A DNA stretch of 64,000 nucleotides from Cercozoa sp. M6MM (Eukaryota > Protista > Endomyxa: Ascetosporea). The stretch's first letter is position 1. Each line of letters starts with the position of its first letter. Of this stretch, positions 40,739 through 58,336 are shown piece after piece. The translations under genes and the position numbers were made by a program. The stretch lies in assembly GCA_040357565.1 (NCBI GenBank), contig JBDODJ010000062.1; one strand, written 5' to 3'. A model generated the notes under the pieces. The model saw only the letters and a program-made list of their open reading frames with translations. It ran no database searches and had not been told where the DNA came from.

Positions 40739-41975
40739 CTAATCCTGCATGGCGTCCGACTCGGAGTCTTCAGCGTCACTGTCGCTCGCGTCGATGCCTT
40801 CCTTCCTCCGCACCTTGTTAGCAACGACCTCACGGAGTTCCTTCACCGCCGCTTGCGAGAGTTGCTGCGCCATCTTCAGAGTGCCTGTTCAACGGGTTTC
40901 AGCGAGTAGGAGGTACCCCAACGCCCCTGGCCAGTATCCTGATTAAAACAACATACCAAAGAACTCGTCGTTGGAACGGAACTTGCGCGAGCGGAACTGT
41001 GAGAAAACGAGGGTGTCCTCGCCGTTGAGAAAGGCGAGTGTGCCGCATCTGCAGCAAGCAACTTGTGTGCGTGCGTGTGTGTGTAATATCTAAGAGGAGT
41101 ACACTCGAAGCACGGCCTCCTCATCGGCCAGCGGGTCCACAATGAAGTCGTCGTCCTCGTCAAGACCCGCCGTGGCGGCGCCAATCACTCCGCGCAGAGG
41201 CACGCCGGCGTCCATGAGGGCGCCCACGCAGGCGTTCAGCGCACACGAGAGCAGCGCGCCGTCGTCGCGCACCACCTGGACAGCGATGGCCACCACGCAG
41301 CGGGGGTGCAGCTCCCTCTGTACGCACAGTTATACATACAATATATACATACATTATATACATACATATATATATATATATAACATTATACTTATCGGTG
41401 TGCATGCATGTGAAAAGTACCATCACAACAGTCTTAAGCGTATTCTCGATGGCGTACTCGCAGGCAACCTCGTCGCCACTGCTGGTACCGGAGGCTCGCG
41501 ACCACGTGACTGCCAATATACATATATATATATATATATATGCATGTGTGTATATATATATATATATATGCATGTGTGTATATATATGCATGTGTGTATT
41601 TAAGTATAGATACAATTGTATATATGCAGTTAAAGCACACACACACCCTGTAGCCTGGCGCCGTCTATTTGCTCGCGACGCGGCGCATCGGCGATCGGGC
41701 CGGTGACACTGCAGACGACTGCAAGGACACTGCACATACCAAAACGCACAGTGTAGTCAGTGCTACCCTCAGTGTCGCCGTTTCTCCACCGACAGCTGCC
41801 ATCCGCACGGGCAAGAACGCCCAACTCGCACGTCAGCGGGCGAGACTCGCGTTTCTTACTGTCCAGCACGCACAAGGACAATGCAACCAACCCCCCCCCC
41901 CCACACATCCCATCACATTTTATAGTACCGCCCGTCTGCGCGAGTGTCGCCGATATGCGCTGATTTGTGCTCCAT
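40739..41975 (-). CDS. EXOSC5: Exosome complex component Rrp46 (RNase PH family)
   Basis: RADGR..RPLTCELGVLARADGSCRWRNGDT, HPRCVVAIAVQVVRDDGALLSCALNACVGALMDAGVPLR, and FIVDPLADEE. Confidence 0.88.
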
Positions 41976-42705
41976 TGGCAAACAAGTACACTGTTACGCC
42001 GTCCGCACTCTCTCTACGCAAGAAAGCGCGCTCAGCGTCAAGTGGCGGTATTTGTTAAGGCTGCTGCAAGCTTCACCCTCGGTCCATGCCAAACTGGCCC
42101 CCGAGACAGTGTTTAACGCCAGCAAACTCGTGCCGTTGTGTAATACGCCTCAACGTTGCTTTGGGCAACGTGAATCGTCAGCGAGAGTGGCCGGTTGTTG
42201 CCGAGTGGGCGATCAGTTTTCGACGGTGCTTTTGGATCATAGCTCACGTGTGGTACCATTTGCTATCAGCATTCTGTATTGTTTGGTTTGTGAAATAACC
42301 GTGAATTGGGTTCTGCAGAAGTGAAATCGCTTTGTTTACTGGCCACACGCACGGCATCAGGCTGGTTTGAAATGTGCCTTTTTCACTTCGCGGAAATTGA
42401 TTGATCAGTTGATTTTATTGCCCGGCATAAGCCAGAGAGCCGTGTGACGCCCGCATACGCACAAATACGAGCGCGCTTTGTGTGATTGTATGTTGTGTGC
42501 GTCTCCTCAACATACTGTATCGTTTTGTTGGTTGTTCATTTGATCGTTCCACACGTTGATTGTTTTGGAGTTTCTGTTGTTTGCGCGGCCTGATTTGGCG
42601 CGCAATCGTGTCATCAAGTGATTTGTGTGCGTGTGTGTTGCGTTCAGTGACGCTGAGAGGTGTGTCGTGTCGTTTTACCGCGAGGCCATTTTCAGTGCGT
42701 TTTGA

Positions 42706-48444
<5,739 letters not shown>

Positions 48445-48576
48445 GTTGCTCCTTGAGTCTCGTCACGTCAGTTTGCAACTCGAGCTCACGTCAGCTCGTA
48501 CTGTGCTAATTTAATATAAAGTTCAGTCGTTCGCGAGTTGAGTTCCAGTCTACCGACTGACACGCTCGGCTAAGAG

Positions 48577-48607
48577 TAGTTGGTTTCATAGTAGACTGAA
48601 CTAACTA
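48577..48607 (-). promoter_or_regulatory. Conserved post-stop stem-loop after the acyltransferase gene
   Basis: Minus strand reads TAGTTAGTTC-AGTCTACTAT-GAAACCAACTA, about 54 nt after the TGA. Confidence 0.55.
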
Positions 48608-48661
48608 ACTAACGAACTATACAACAATCAGGTGAGTGTGTTGTACATGTCGCATCCATGA

Positions 48662-51250
48662 TCACGCCGACTCGGCCACGTGCGCCAGCGTGCGGCAGAA
48701 GGCGTGCACCAACGAGGCTGCGAGTTCGCGGTTGTCGGGACTCGTGCTGCCACCGGTGCCAACTCCGTCGCTGACGACAGCCTCGTGGCACGCCGTCACT
48801 GTCACCGTCATCTCTTGCGCTGGAAGCGGGGGGGGGGGAACAGGAAAGAGCAAGGATAAGAGGGATAGGAGGGGTAAAAAGCAAAGCGATACCATCATTG
48901 GCGGTGCAGAAGTCGAAGCGAAGTGAGCGACCGAACGGATTCGCCGTGGCGGCCACTGATCACACCGACGATTTAGACCCCCTTACTTTCTTTACCCCCC
49001 CCCCCCCCTCTTACCTAGAGCAGCATGCGGCAGCTGCAGACAGCCGTAGTTGTTGAGACACGTCGAGGCGACGCAACTGGCCAGCACGGTCGGCACCGAA
49101 GGCGTGCACTTCTCCAGCGCCGCCGTTGCTCCCGTCTCTACCCGAAGGTTAAAGGTAGGATAAGGAGGGCAAGGTGTAAGGGGGTGAAGGCAGTGTACCC
49201 CACAGCGCACGCAGCGCCGGCAGCAGCAGCACATTGAACGGCATGTACATACTCGCGCATGCACGCCGATACGCCTCGACCTTGCCGCCCTCCAGGTGCT
49301 TCATCTTGCGCTCTACTGAGAGTTAAACAGGGACGGTTCAAGGGACGATTAAAGGGGCGTTAACAGGGGTAGAGGATTAAAGTCCACCATGCACGCGCTG
49401 CGCCACGGCCCAAAAATCCTCGTTTTCGTCGCTTTCGTCGCCGCCGAACGGATTCGCGAGTGTCACCACGAAAAAGTAGTTTCCTATCGACTTCTCTGCA
49501 TTCAGGGGGGGGGGGGAATAGGGAAAGTAAACGGGAAGAGTGGCATAACCCACCGATGTCGGGGAACTCCTTTCGCAACGATACCGGTGTCACCGAGGCC
49601 GCACTTCGCAATACCTGAAGGCGGTAGGGGGTAAAGAGGGGGGTGAATGGGGTAAAGAAAGGGGTAAAGAGAGGAGCAAAGAGGGGGGTAAAGACGGAGA
49701 GAGGGGGTAATGAACCTCGTGACACACGCGCATGCCGACGGTGGTCAAAACCGTGTCGATCGGAATTTCGCGTCGCTTGCACGCGCGCAGCAATGCCGCT
49801 ACGTCGACCTGTAAACAATCCTATCCCCTCTTTACCCCCTTTACCCTTACCCTACCCTCACCCCTACCCTTATCCCCACCCCTACCCTTACCCCCACCCC
49901 TACCCTACCCTTACCCCATACTCCCTTTACCCCCTACCACACGAGTCTCCAGAGCAAAGGCTTCACGCAAAGGCGTCAATTTCTCTCTGCACAGGGGGGT
50001 TAACAGAGGGGTGAACAAGGGATAAAAGAATAAATGGGAGGGGTAAACACACACATGCGGCCTGAGAACAGAGTGCATCTCGCGCGTTTTTCGAAACAAG
50101 GAGCGCGCCGCCTCGTTTTCGTCGCTCGCGTCGGCGGAAAAAAGCGCCACGGGCGGCACGTCGATTCGCGTCTTTTCCTCCACTGTTTCGGGCAGTCCCG
50201 CTCGCACTGCCTCCTCTATCTCTGGGGTAACAGGGGGTAAACGGGGGGGGGGTAAATAGGAGAATAAACAGGAGGATAAACAGGAGGTAAAACAGGGGTA
50301 AACAGGGGGTAAAACAGGGGGTAAAACAGGGGTAAACACGGGTAGAACAGGGGGTAAAACAGGGGGTAAAACGGGGGGCAAATGGGGGGTAAAACTACCA
50401 CTCACATCGTCGAAGAGAAAGTGCAGCAGCACGCGCGCAATGCCGGCGCAGCCCAGTCCGTCGACCAGCAGGTGCGACGCACTCACCGTCATTCCGACGC
50501 ACGCCTCGCTGCCCTCGCGCACGATGGCTCGCACTCGCCACAGCGGCGCTTCGTGCCACTCAAAGCTCTGCACACCCGCATCGCACATCTTTCGCCAATC
50601 CCACGCAAAGCTTTCGCCAATCTCACGCAAAGCTTTCACTCTTTTAGCAACGCGTTCACAATTTCACGCAAAGCTTTCACGCTTTTCAGCATAGTTTTCA
50701 CACTTTCACGCAAAGCCATCCGCAAAGCCGTTACACTCTCACGCAAAACTATCGCATTCTCAAGCTTTCACGTGAGACATAGACGCGTTTACCACTTGTT
50801 TCAACTCGTTTTCGAGCGCCTTGTGCAGCGTGGCACTTCGGTTCAGCAGCGCGTCGCTGGACTCGACCTGCGGAGCGGCGAAGGCGCGCTCGGCGGCCGC
50901 AGCATCGAAGGCGTGCAGTGCCATGCGAATGCCACGCGAACTGACATCCAGAGTCGCGCGCAGAGTCGGAACTTCGCGAAAGCAGCGAATCGTCGCAAGT
51001 TTCAGCTGCTGCAGCGTCACTTCGCTCTCCAGGTCTAAATCCGCACAAAGCCAAACAACTGACGGCACGAGATGGAGAGAGGGGAGAGAGAATGTACACA
51101 GGCCGAAGATGGCTCCAGGTGTGCCGGATGGCGCTAAAGTAAACAAGCACCGGAGCAAGAGTAAAGAAAAAAAGAAAAGGGCAAGAACTGAAACAACTTA
51201 CGCTGGAAAAAGCCCTCACAGCAAACGAGATTTTGCAAATGCTGAGACAT
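48662..51250 (-). CDS. CoA-dependent acyltransferase (condensation/alcohol acetyltransferase/PapA5-like)
   Basis: PTLRATL, ELKQV|SFEWHEAPLWRVRAI, catalytic-type SHLLVDGLG (HxxxDG), and LLRACKRREI. Confidence 0.7.
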
Positions 51251-51431
51251 AACCCTTGCACGTCTATACTTATGAATGGGACCTGCTAGCAGTTCGCACT
51301 CCAGTTTAGCAGTATAATTGCAGTATCTATGAGTGCTCGTCTCGAAATTATTGGATTTGGGGTTCTCAGAATTGTCCGGGTCTCTTTTGTGTAGTAAAAT
51401 AAAAAACAATCGAGCGGGAGCGTCGGTGTGA

Positions 51432-52576
51432 TTAGCTGCCACAGCACCAGGTGTTGGAGTTGCCGCTGTTGAGATCTACGGTGCCTTGTTGCTCTTGTTG
51501 CTTCTGCAGCATCTCTTCTCGCCGACGCACGTACTGCGGAGGAGGTTAAAGAAGCGGGGGGGGGGGGGTAAAGGGGTAGACGGGCGTAAATGAGAAGGTG
51601 AAGGGAAGGGTGTAGTACCTCCTCGATGGCGTGGTTGAACATGTCGTCGACACCGTCGCCCGTGAGCGACGACGTCTCAAAGTACTTGACCTCCTCGCGC
51701 AGTCGCTCGTGCTGCAGCGCCTCGATGTCGGCCGCCGGGACCTGTCAGTCACAGCAACTTAAATCTCACATCCGCGCGGAAGCCTGAGGTCACACCAGAA
51801 AGGCCAGGGTACCACTCGCTTCGACTGATCGCTTTTGGTGCCGCACAGCAGCAACTGACCCTGCAGAAAGTAACAGAGAGGGTGAGAGAAGATAAAGAGA
51901 GGTTAAGAATGGGGGGTAACAGTACCGTAGCATTGTGCCGACGCACCTCTTGCACCCACCTGGTCACGTGTTCGAACGAGTCGTACGCGTTCAGATCAAA
52001 GCACACCACGATGGCGTGCGCACCTGTGGGAAGGGTACAAGGGGGACAAGGAGAGTAAAGGGGGAAGGGGTACCGCTGTAGTAAGCGCGCGTAATGGCAC
52101 GGAAACGCTCCTGCAGGTCAGGCCATTTCGTAGTTCTCATACATGCAAGCTTCCGCGCGGACAAAGATCTGTTTGAATACCTGACCGGCAGTGTCCCAGA
52201 GTTGCAGCTTGACCTGCTGGCCAGATGGACTGCTCTTGGGTGTCACCACCTTGACCAAGAAGTCCACGCCTGTCAGACAGTCACATTACATACCACACTG
52301 ATTCTGACTGGCTGAACAAATTGACTGATGAAAGCTACCGATTGTGGAGATGTACGAAGGGTCGAAGGCACCGTTGCCAAACCTGCCAGCACACAAGGAC
52401 AAAGTGACCCAATCAAAAGAAAAACCAGAGAACACACCGGTTCAGCAGCGCCGATTTACCGACACCTGCATCACCAACAATCACGACCTTCATCCTGCCC
52501 ACCAGACACAAATCTCGTCCCCTGTCAGACGCCGCATCCAGAAAACTCGGTACAGGATGTCGCGTTGCGAGTCCAT
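51432..52576 (-). CDS. Rab-family small GTPase (Rab1/Rab8-like, divergent)
   Basis: [54 protein letters not shown], and C-terminal CCGS. Confidence 0.92.
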
Positions 52577-52948
52577 TTTGTGAAATATGTATCGCCGTTT
52601 CTCTGCAATCCCGAAAAGGCTCTAAACTGTGTCAGAACACGTTAAATTAACAGTGCACAGGCTGACAGCTGTTCTGCGTCGCGAGAGCAACCGCCACGAA
52701 TCGCCACGACAAAAAACCACGAACAGTCGAGATGTCTTTCTCGCGTTTTTGCCTGCTTTTGTAGAGCTTTATTGATCTTAATATCTATTTTATCGGTAAA
52801 AATGCAAACAATATTGTGTTTGGTGTGTGATAAGGCGTTCTTATTTTTTGTGGCGGTGGAATCGAGCTTTTCTGTTTTGGTTTTTGCTTTGTTTTCATCA
52901 CTGTGAACCAGAACAGGGTGTTTGCCAGCATCAGTGAGCTTCACGAGC

Positions 52949-53966
52949 ATGATCGACTTAAAAAAGGAGCTCGTGTTCTATGGTGTGTGGAGACATATTA
53001 TTGCCCATCAACTGAAAGAAAAACTTGGTTGTCATCTGCACAGGTGCATACCACAGCAACACAGGGAACGTCGTGATCCACGTTATTTTTGTGCCTCTGA
53101 TCCGTACAATGTTCTCTTCTAGTCACAGCCTGTCGTGTTGGTTTCCAGTGTCGGTTATTTTACTATCCGCGCGCAGTCTTCACTGCCCAAGCAATGCTGA
53201 GTCAAGTTGCCTTGATGGTGAGGCGATTTTATTCGACTAATTGTTTGTTTCACTTGATTCCGTGCACTCACAGGAAGGTACAGTAGGCGATTTCTTGCCG
53301 GAAGCACTGCATGTCATCCCTTGCCTCTCGCAACTGCAGCTCACGCTTGGATTGGTCAGTTGAAGTGCAACTTGATTGGTTGATTGACTGACTGATCAAC
53401 TGAAACACGACACTGCAGGCTGTCACAGCGTTCTACACGGCGTATTACCTGCTGCTGGAACCGGTTCTTTCAATCGTTGTGGCACCGACGCTCGTTGCTG
53501 GCATGTGTTTGGCGCAACAAGTCGCCACTATGGTACAAACACTCAAAGATCTAACGTCTCTGTTTCACTGATTCATTATTTGACAGGACAACGCAATGTC
53601 GATTTGTGCTTTCCTGCACATTCTTAGCTGGGTCTTGCAGGTCCAAGTTGGGCACGTCATGTTGGAGAAACGCAAGCCTGCACTTATGGATGTCAGTTTT
53701 TATTACAGTATGTTGTTTGAGTGTTGGTTATGAAGTCAACTCTTAACTGAGCAGAGCTTTATGCAATCCTTCGTCACTGCCCCACTGTTTGTGGCACTGG
53801 AGGTCGCCTTCTTTTTTGGTACTGTATGGTCTGAACTGTCTTTGATCAGGCAGGATTATTGAGTCTTTCCCCCGCAGGTTACCGACGCGAACTGCAGCGC
53901 GAAGTGGACGCGGAGGTCAAGAAAATACACCAGCGCTGGCGAGAGGAAAGTGCGAAGGCGGACTGA
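52949..53966 (+). CDS. MPO1: Mpo1/DUF962 family ER membrane protein (2-hydroxy fatty acid dioxygenase-like)
   Basis: MIDLKKELVFYGAYHSNTGNVVIHVIFVPLI, SWVLQVQVGHVMLEKRKPALMD, and APLFVALEV..GYRREL. Confidence 0.88.
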
Positions 53967-54127
53967 CGTGACACGACTTCAGTTCTAGTCGTATCAACTC
54001 GACTAACCGACTAACGTAAGTAACCGACTAACCGAAAGCGAAAACTGAAGTGAGACAAAGGGAATTTTTACTCGGCGGGCAGTTGTAGTAACGATTAAAC
54101 CATTCGGACGTCAGGTATGTTGCCAGC

Positions 54128-54526
54128 TTAGAACATAAAGTCCTGGAAGATATCGTCGGTGGTCTTGTTGGCTTTCTTGGGCTTGTTGGTCTTTTGCGCG
54201 TTCTTGCTGGAGGCGCGCGACGTGATGTTCTTGGTGCTCTGCGAGTACAGGTTGCATGCATACAGATAGCCAAAAGAGTGCTGTGAAAGCTGGTGCAAGT
54301 TACGCGCTTCATCTTCTCATCTTCGATGGCCTTGTGCCACATGGAGTCCTGCATTCACACCCAACACTCATACCCAACACGTGGCCGGTGTGCCGGTGTG
54401 CCGGTGTGTGTGTGTGTGNNNNNNNNNNNNNNNNNNNNNNNNNNNNNNNNNNNNNNNNNNNNNNNNNNNNNNNNNNNNNNNNNNNNNNNNNNNNNNNNNN
54501 NNNNNNNNNNNNNNNNNNTGAGTGTT

Positions 54527-54578
<52 letters not shown>

Positions 54579-56089
54579 CTCGAAGAGTGTACCTTAGCGA
54601 ACGCATGGTTCTGAAGCCTGGTGAGCAGCTACACAAACACACACGCAGATACAACAAGGTCGGGGGGGGGGGGTAGTTTTTCGAACCGCGTTGCGTCCTC
54701 GGCGAATCGCCAAAGTCTCGGCTTCCTCATCCACAGCGTCGAGCGGCTACGCAAGGAGTAAAAGGGAAGAAAGGAAAGTGAAGGGGGGGGGTAAATTTAC
54801 CGACTCATGCGGCAACAAGTCATCGAACTNNNNNNNNNNNNNNNNNNNNNNNNNNNNNNNNNNNNNNNNNNNNNNNNNNNNNNNNNNNNNNNNNNNNNNN
54901 NNNNNNNNNNNNNNNNNNNNNNNNNNNNNTCTGAAGCCTGGTGAGCAGCTACACAAACACACACGCAGATACAACAAGGTCGGGGGGGGGGGGGTAGTTT
55001 TTCGAACCGCGTTGCGTCCTCGGCGAATCGCCAAAGTCTCGGCTTCCTCATCCACAGCGTCGAGCGGCTACGCAAGGAGTAAAAGGGAAGAAAGGAAAGT
55101 GAAGGGGGGGGGGTAAATTTACCGACTCATGCGGCAACAAGTCATCGAACTCGGGGCGCAGGTGCTAGGCAAAAGGTACAGTCAAAGGGGAGGGGGGTAA
55201 ACTGGAGAAGGAAGACACTACCTTGGCACCACGTCGCTGGCGCAGCACCTCTGCCTTTGCCTGCACAATTGCAAGTGAGGTGGCCGCAGGGGGGAAGGTC
55301 AAGAGAAGATATACCTGCACGCGAGCCTTGGCATCGATGATGCCGCGCAACTCGCGCGAGCCGAATTCAATACGACGCCGACTCTGGGTCTGCACTCAGG
55401 GAGTATATCGGCAAAGACAGGGAGGGTGGGGTGGAATGGGTAAGGGTACAGCACGCAAGCTCTTCTGCGCAGCGAGCGCTCGCTTGTACTTGTTCAAGTC
55501 GCCGACCTTCTTGGACTCATAGACCTTATCCAGCAGTGCCTCCTGCTGCGCCAGCTCATTGCGTTCGACATCTGTCTCAGTTTAGTCGAACATGAGATAG
55601 GAAAGTGAATGCACTGACACGGGCAAAGCAGTACCCTCGAGGATTGCGGCCTCGCGCTGCAGCTGCGACAGGTCGAAGGGCATGCCGGCATGCTTGGCTA
55701 CATCCAAGGGTGTAAATCTTATCTGTATATATATTCTATATGCAAGAACTACGCGTGTGCTCGACGAGCTCGACGTCCGTGTCGCCCAGAGCAGCCTGCA
55801 GACGTCGCAGGTGTCGCTTCTTGTTGCGCGCCTGTTAGCACAATTGAAAACTTACAGACACACACACACAAGGCCAGAAAGCATGGTGGGCCTACCGTCT
55901 CCACGATGAACTGGAAGACCGGCCGCTCGCGGAACCACTTGTCCTGCTGCAGTCGCACGCCTGCACACAGTGTGTTACATTAGAGTCAGACACACTACTG
56001 GCAGCATAAATACCAGCCAGCGGGTTCTGTTCCGTGGCGCGGCTTTGGAAGACCTGAAGCCAACACATTATAGATACATACATACATAT

Positions 56090-56125
<36 letters not shown>

Positions 56126-56871
56126 GCGTGTATGCATAACACCCAGGTATACCTGCAGTTGAGCCAAACGGTTGGCATCGGCGTCATTGTAGCCGCGACG
56201 ACGCATCTCGGCGTACGCGTGCTGTCAACACAGTGGTGTATATATCTACGCACATACACAACGCCCCACAAACACACCTCGTAAAGCATAGACTTGCGGG
56301 TCGTGTTCTTTGAGTAGTTCTTGGCTTGCACGTCAAAGTAAGCGGCGTTGCGGTCCCACTTTGCCTAAACATACGGTGCAGATGAGCGTGCAAATTAATT
56401 GGACAAACTGACAATCTACCTGGCCGGCATCGGGCGCAGCTTCTTCCGGACTCACCTAAGGAAACAGAACAGAAAAATAGACAGCGAAATTAATGGCTGT
56501 GTGGTGCAGAGGCGATGGTACAGTGGGCATGCGTACACGGTCCAACTTCGGAGGTGCCGGCCACCCTGTCACAAATGTGTATGAGCACACAAGCACATCA
56601 ATCCAATGTCAGAAGATACATTTAGCAAAATGAGGCGGCTGTCGCTTGTGCGCGTCCACCTACACACGGCACGCAGGTCAGACAGCCAGGACAGCAAACA
56701 CGGCCAGTACCCATCGCAACGGACGGAAGTAGCCGCCCTTTTGCCAGTCGCGCACGACCTATTTTCCCGTATACTTCGTGTTGTGCAAACCAAAGAAAAA
56801 ACAATCGCAAGTAAGTGCACCTCGGCGAGCGACCAGCGCGCGGGGTCTCGAAGCTTGTGCAGCTGCGCCAT
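54128..56871 (-). CDS. Multi-exon protein whose N-terminus resembles mitoribosomal mS23; two N gaps; start uncertain
   Basis: QKGGYFRPLRWVDAHKRQPP..PPKLDRVRMP..AEMRRRGYNDADANRLA recalls the mS23 P.W......PP and M..G.....A motifs. Ends DDIFQDFMF*. Confidence 0.5.
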
Positions 56872-57034
56872 CTGCTGGTGCTGTGCGTTGTCACTCTTAG
56901 CCCTGCGTCAGCACTCGACCCGGTCGCGCGACATTCTTTAAGTTTTGTCCACTTTCGCCCGCCTATGTACGAATTGGACAAGATCATCGCAGAGCTTGGC
57001 GCGAAGGCGCACTAAATGACAACTTTTGTGCTTT

Positions 57035-58264
57035 ATGACATCTAGATTTGCGCCAAGAATTGTTCTGCAAACGAGCAGCCTCTGCCATGTATTCATGTAT
57101 CCAGATTTTTTGAGTTTTGCTTCCATGATCATTTGTGTCGGTTGGTAGGTGTTGAAACGTGGAGAGTGTCCTTTCGAGATTCTGCGCTTAAGAACTCAAG
57201 AGGTCGCAGAATACTATAGTCACACACTATGTCGCGACTCGAATGAGTGTGTGTGTGTTCTTGCGCAGCTGTGCGGCACGCCGTTTTCTTATGTTGATAT
57301 TGCCTATCACGAAGAAACGTTGTATGGTGTGCCAGTCAAGTGTATCTGTAACTGTGTTTGTCTTGGACAAAGTTGCACCTATGTACAGTGGGCGAACTGT
57401 CCGGGAGGAAGGATGCCTGGCGAGTGCCATTCGGCCGAGCACACATGAACAACTTGCCGACTCGCGAGTTCTCGGACCGTTCGCTTCCTGATGTACCCTT
57501 TCGTTTGCCAACTTTGCTTTCGTGTCTGTACTTCTATTGCAACTTTTGCCTCGGCGTGCAGGTCATGCTGGGCGTCTGCGTGATTGCGCGCAATAGCAAG
57601 ACAGAGCAGGTGCTGGTGGCCAAGCGAGGCGCCAGTGCAATGACCTTTCCGAACACCTTTGTATACCCGGGCGGGCACATCGAACCCGGCGAGTCGCTGC
57701 AGGTAAAGCTAAAGTTACACCTTACATGTCTCGTGCCTGTGCTCTAGATTTACAAGTGGAGTAACAGGCCTGTGGAAGCAGAGAAATCCGCGAAGAAACC
57801 AACATCGATGTGAACCAGGACTCTCTGAGACCGGTGTGTCTGTGGTTGTCGACTTACCCAGGTACCTCACTTTTCTTTGACCTCTTGCTGTCCAGTATCT
57901 CCTTCGGTTGCTTTTTTATCTTGTTTTATTCTGTTGCTTTACTGGTAAGTCGTGCCATTCGTTGCTATTTGGGCAGAACGACTGCCGATGAAAGCTCAGC
58001 ATCTGGTGCTCGTGCTGGAAGGGACTGCTGCCAGCAGCGAGATTCGCATCGATCCTGCCGAGCTGGACCGTTTGTTTCCTTTTAGTTTTGTCTTTGTTGC
58101 TGCACCGTTGTTGAGCAGAGGCACTGTGGATGACGCCGCAACAGGTGGTGGAACTCGCACACACAGACGACGCCAACAACGACTTTCGCATCGTTCCTGA
58201 GGGACATCTGTTTGCGACGCACTTGCTGCTGGAGTCCCAGGGCACGAGTGCTCAGCATCGATAG
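57035..58264 (+). CDS. Nudix hydrolase, NUDT17-like
   Basis: [44 protein letters not shown] (Nudix box), CLWLSTYP, and QHLVLVL. Confidence 0.82.
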
Positions 58265-58336
58265 CTTATCTCGTCTATGGAGAAATATAAAAGGCCTAAA
58301 TGCTTAAACGTGTCTAAAGTCCAAACGGCCGATAAC

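Noticed and set aside
54610-55150. ~220-nt direct repeat (54610-54829 and 54930-55150) duplicating two exons
   Set aside because: The copies flank a 100-N gap and differ only in G-run length, which is typical of an unmerged contig overlap.
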